Assembly: GCA_965287045.1 (NCBI GenBank) | Contig: OZ336878.1 | Location: 104,222,001-104,286,000, forward strand | DNA: 64,000 nt | DNA from: Carcharhinus amblyrhynchos | Taxonomy: Eukaryota | Direction: 5' to 3' | Shown: in pieces, positions 61,440 through 64,000 of the stretch | How positions within the stretch are numbered: position 1 is the stretch's first letter | How the letters are laid out: each line of letters opens with the position of its first letter | Translations under genes and position numbers: made by a program | The notes under the pieces: generated by a model | What the model was told of the DNA's origin: nothing | Databases searched by the model: none | What the model saw: only the letters and a program-made list of their open reading frames with translations

Positions 61440-63310
61440 AAACATAGGAGCAGAAGTAGAGGGTCCGGCTAGTTGAGTCTGCTCCGCTAGTCAATGAGGC
61501 AATGGTTGCTCATCACTTTCCCGCCTTATCCCATTTTCCTTGAGTCACTTATCAATTAGGATCCTGTTTATCTCCGCGTTCAGTATACTTAACAACTCAT
61601 CTTCTGCAGCCACGGATTCACGACCGATCAGAGAAGGAATTTCTCCTCATCATTGTCTTAAAAGGGCGACCACATATGCTGAGATTAAAATCTCCGATCT
61701 TAGACTCTTCCACAAGGGAAAATAATCTCCGAGCACCTACGCTGTCAAGTCCCAGAAGAGTTATATATGACTAAATATTTATTCCTCTAAACTCTAGTTT
61801 AAGTTCTATTTATCAGTGTCATGAGTAGGCTTACATTAACACTGCAGTGAAGTTAATGTGAAGATCCGCTGGCCATCACACTACGGTGACTGTTCGGGTA
61901 TACTGAGGGGGAATTTTAGCATGGCGAATGCACCGAACCAGTCTTTCGGTCAATGTGAGGAAATGGGAGCGCCCAGAGGAAAGTCAGGCAGACACGCTGA
62001 GAATGTGCAGAAGATGGCACGTCTTCAGCTAAAGCTCAACCCCTCTGCCGGTTCCTTGGCACAGTGAGACAGCAGTGCCAACCACTGTGCCACCCACTCT
62101 ATTGAGTACAGGCCCAATAAACACCACCTCTTATAAGAAAATCCCAGCTACCCTGGTGAACACAATGGATATTATCTAGACTACCTCAAAGGCCAGGATA
62201 CCTTTCCCTAGATAAGGAGAACAAAACTGTTCAAAATCCAGGTTTGGTCTAATGGGTGCCTTGAATAATTTTAGCAAGATTTCCTTTTTTGTATGTTCAT
62301 TTTCACTGAAATAAAGACCAGCATTCCGTTTGCTATCCCTACGATTTACTGACTCTGGAAACGGGATTTATGTTATTTATGTATATGGACACCCAAATCC
62401 CTCTGGGCTGCAGCTGTTCACAGTATTTCTCCATTTAGATAATATTGATCTTCTTTCCTCTTCCCATCACAGTGCATAGCCTCACATTTTCTGATCGGAT
62501 GCTTCATCTACTAAGTGTTCTCCCAACCATTTTACCTATCTATATCTCTCTGTAAACTATTTGTTTGCCTCAACGTCATCGCTCGCCTACCCACCAACGT
62601 TTGTGTCATCCGCAAACTTTGCAATAGTGCATTCACTTTCCCAGCAGTGATCCATGTGGCATTCCACTAATTATAGATTGGCAGCTTAAAAAAATTCTCT
62701 TTTATCCTAACTTTATCTTCTGTTAAATAGCCAATTAACTATTCGTGCTGGAGATTACCCCCAAATCCTTGGGCTCTTATCTTATTTAGTAATGTTTGTA
62801 GGTATGATTTTTGTAAACTCAAATATATTCTGACAAAGGGTAATCCCGGCTCGGAACATTGGCTTTATTCGCTGTTCACAAACGCAATCAGACCTAATGA
62901 AATGTTAAGTATAATCTGTGTAATCCACAATACTTTCCTTTAATTTTACATTCATTGGTTCCTCTTTATCTATCCTCGATAACATCTCAAAAAATTTTAA
63001 TAATCTTTTCAGGCATTATTTCTTATTCATAAAGCCATGCTGTTTTTTTTTCTTGATTTTATTATTTATTTTGCAATGCTGTGCAATAATGCATTGTAAT
63101 GGACTCTAATCATGACGTTTGTAAATGGATGTTAAGCTAATTGGGCTTATTTTTTTTTGTCCCCCTCCCATTTTGAAACAGGGTTTTCCATTTGCAGTTT
63201 TCCAAACATTTGGGTATTTTGTAAAATGCAGATTCTCCTTCGAGATTAATAGTAGTGCATCAACTATCTCTACAACTGTTTCATTTATATCCGAAAAAGC
63301 AAAATGAGAT
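61440..63310 (-). mobile_element. Decayed CR1 LINE with nested SINE (61800-62095) and short PLE-type end (62830-62915)
   Basis: KFADDT on minus at ~62605-62620; CR1 3' UTR at 61440-61560. Confidence 0.8.
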
Positions 63311-64000
63311 TGTAACTCTTCAAATAATGTCATGGCCAAACGCATCACAACATGTATATTGACCAGGATGAGATTAAATGAGCTTGTCCCCATCATAATA
63401 TTTGTCAGCACGTACTTTAAATGTATTCTGAAAATTAATTTTCGGCCAGATTGCTCATTAGTTTGTAACAATCCACTTTTGATGAGGGCGTTAATATTCC
63501 CTATCCAGAATGCACCTTCTTCTTTTCTCTCACTGTTTCTTTCAAGATGTGTTCCTTATACCATCATTCGCTGTGAGAAGGCGATTGGTCATAATCAGCA
63601 GGGAGGCATCTGTGTCTGGTTTTGCCCTGATTCCATCAGATGTCGCGAGATACAAACCAACGTTGAGGGCTCCAATGGAATTTCGGACTTCATAGCACTG
63701 CGCCATCAGTACTGGGACAGGGCATATGCATGAATAGTGCTGGAGTTGAATAGAATATTCGTTGAAAAATAAAGTTTGGTGAGTATTTTGATATCATGCA
63801 GATGCCAGGAAAGCCTGCGGGACTTTTCCACACATTTTGATATCAGTTCCTAAACTTTCATAGGAATGTGCCACGTCCATCGTTTAAGCACTGCGTTTTT
63901 ATTTTGGGTCTTTAAGTCGATGCTGATTGGTCCATTTAGTTTTATCCTGAATCAAACACGATTCGCTGATTTATAAAACTGATTGGTTCACAGAGAAAAA

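Noticed and set aside
1-64000. V(D)J recombination signals, CRISPR arrays, tRNA/rRNA genes
   Set aside because: CACAGTG/CACTGTG hits examined are SINE-derived or lack a spaced nonamer; no repeat-spacer arrays; tRNA-like boxes belong to SINE heads

Overview
Eukaryotic, repeat-rich genomic DNA, most likely from a cartilaginous fish (inferred from HE1/V-SINE-type tRNA SINEs, CR1 LINEs, Penelope-like and Rex/Babar remnants). No ORF-track entry is a host gene; they are LINE/SINE fragments or noise. The main signal is invisible to the ORF track. It is a minus-strand host gene running across the whole window as about 20-25 micro-exons, mostly 27 or 36 nt. All are phase 1-1 and stop-free with AG/GT boundaries, and two exon types alternate (9 aa + 12 aa = 21 aa). 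Together they splice into a long E/K/Q/L-rich coiled-coil-like peptide. Its start and end were not found in the window and I cannot name it. Other points: Penelope-derived hairpins with hammerhead-like cores and homogenised arms, a double fold-back hairpin inside an old LINE, a twin-primed CR1, G-run expansions at the same CR1 site, and apparently no CpG depletion in the unique intronic DNA. Everything was read by eye. Exon coordinates were counted from the sequence; repeat boundaries are approximate.
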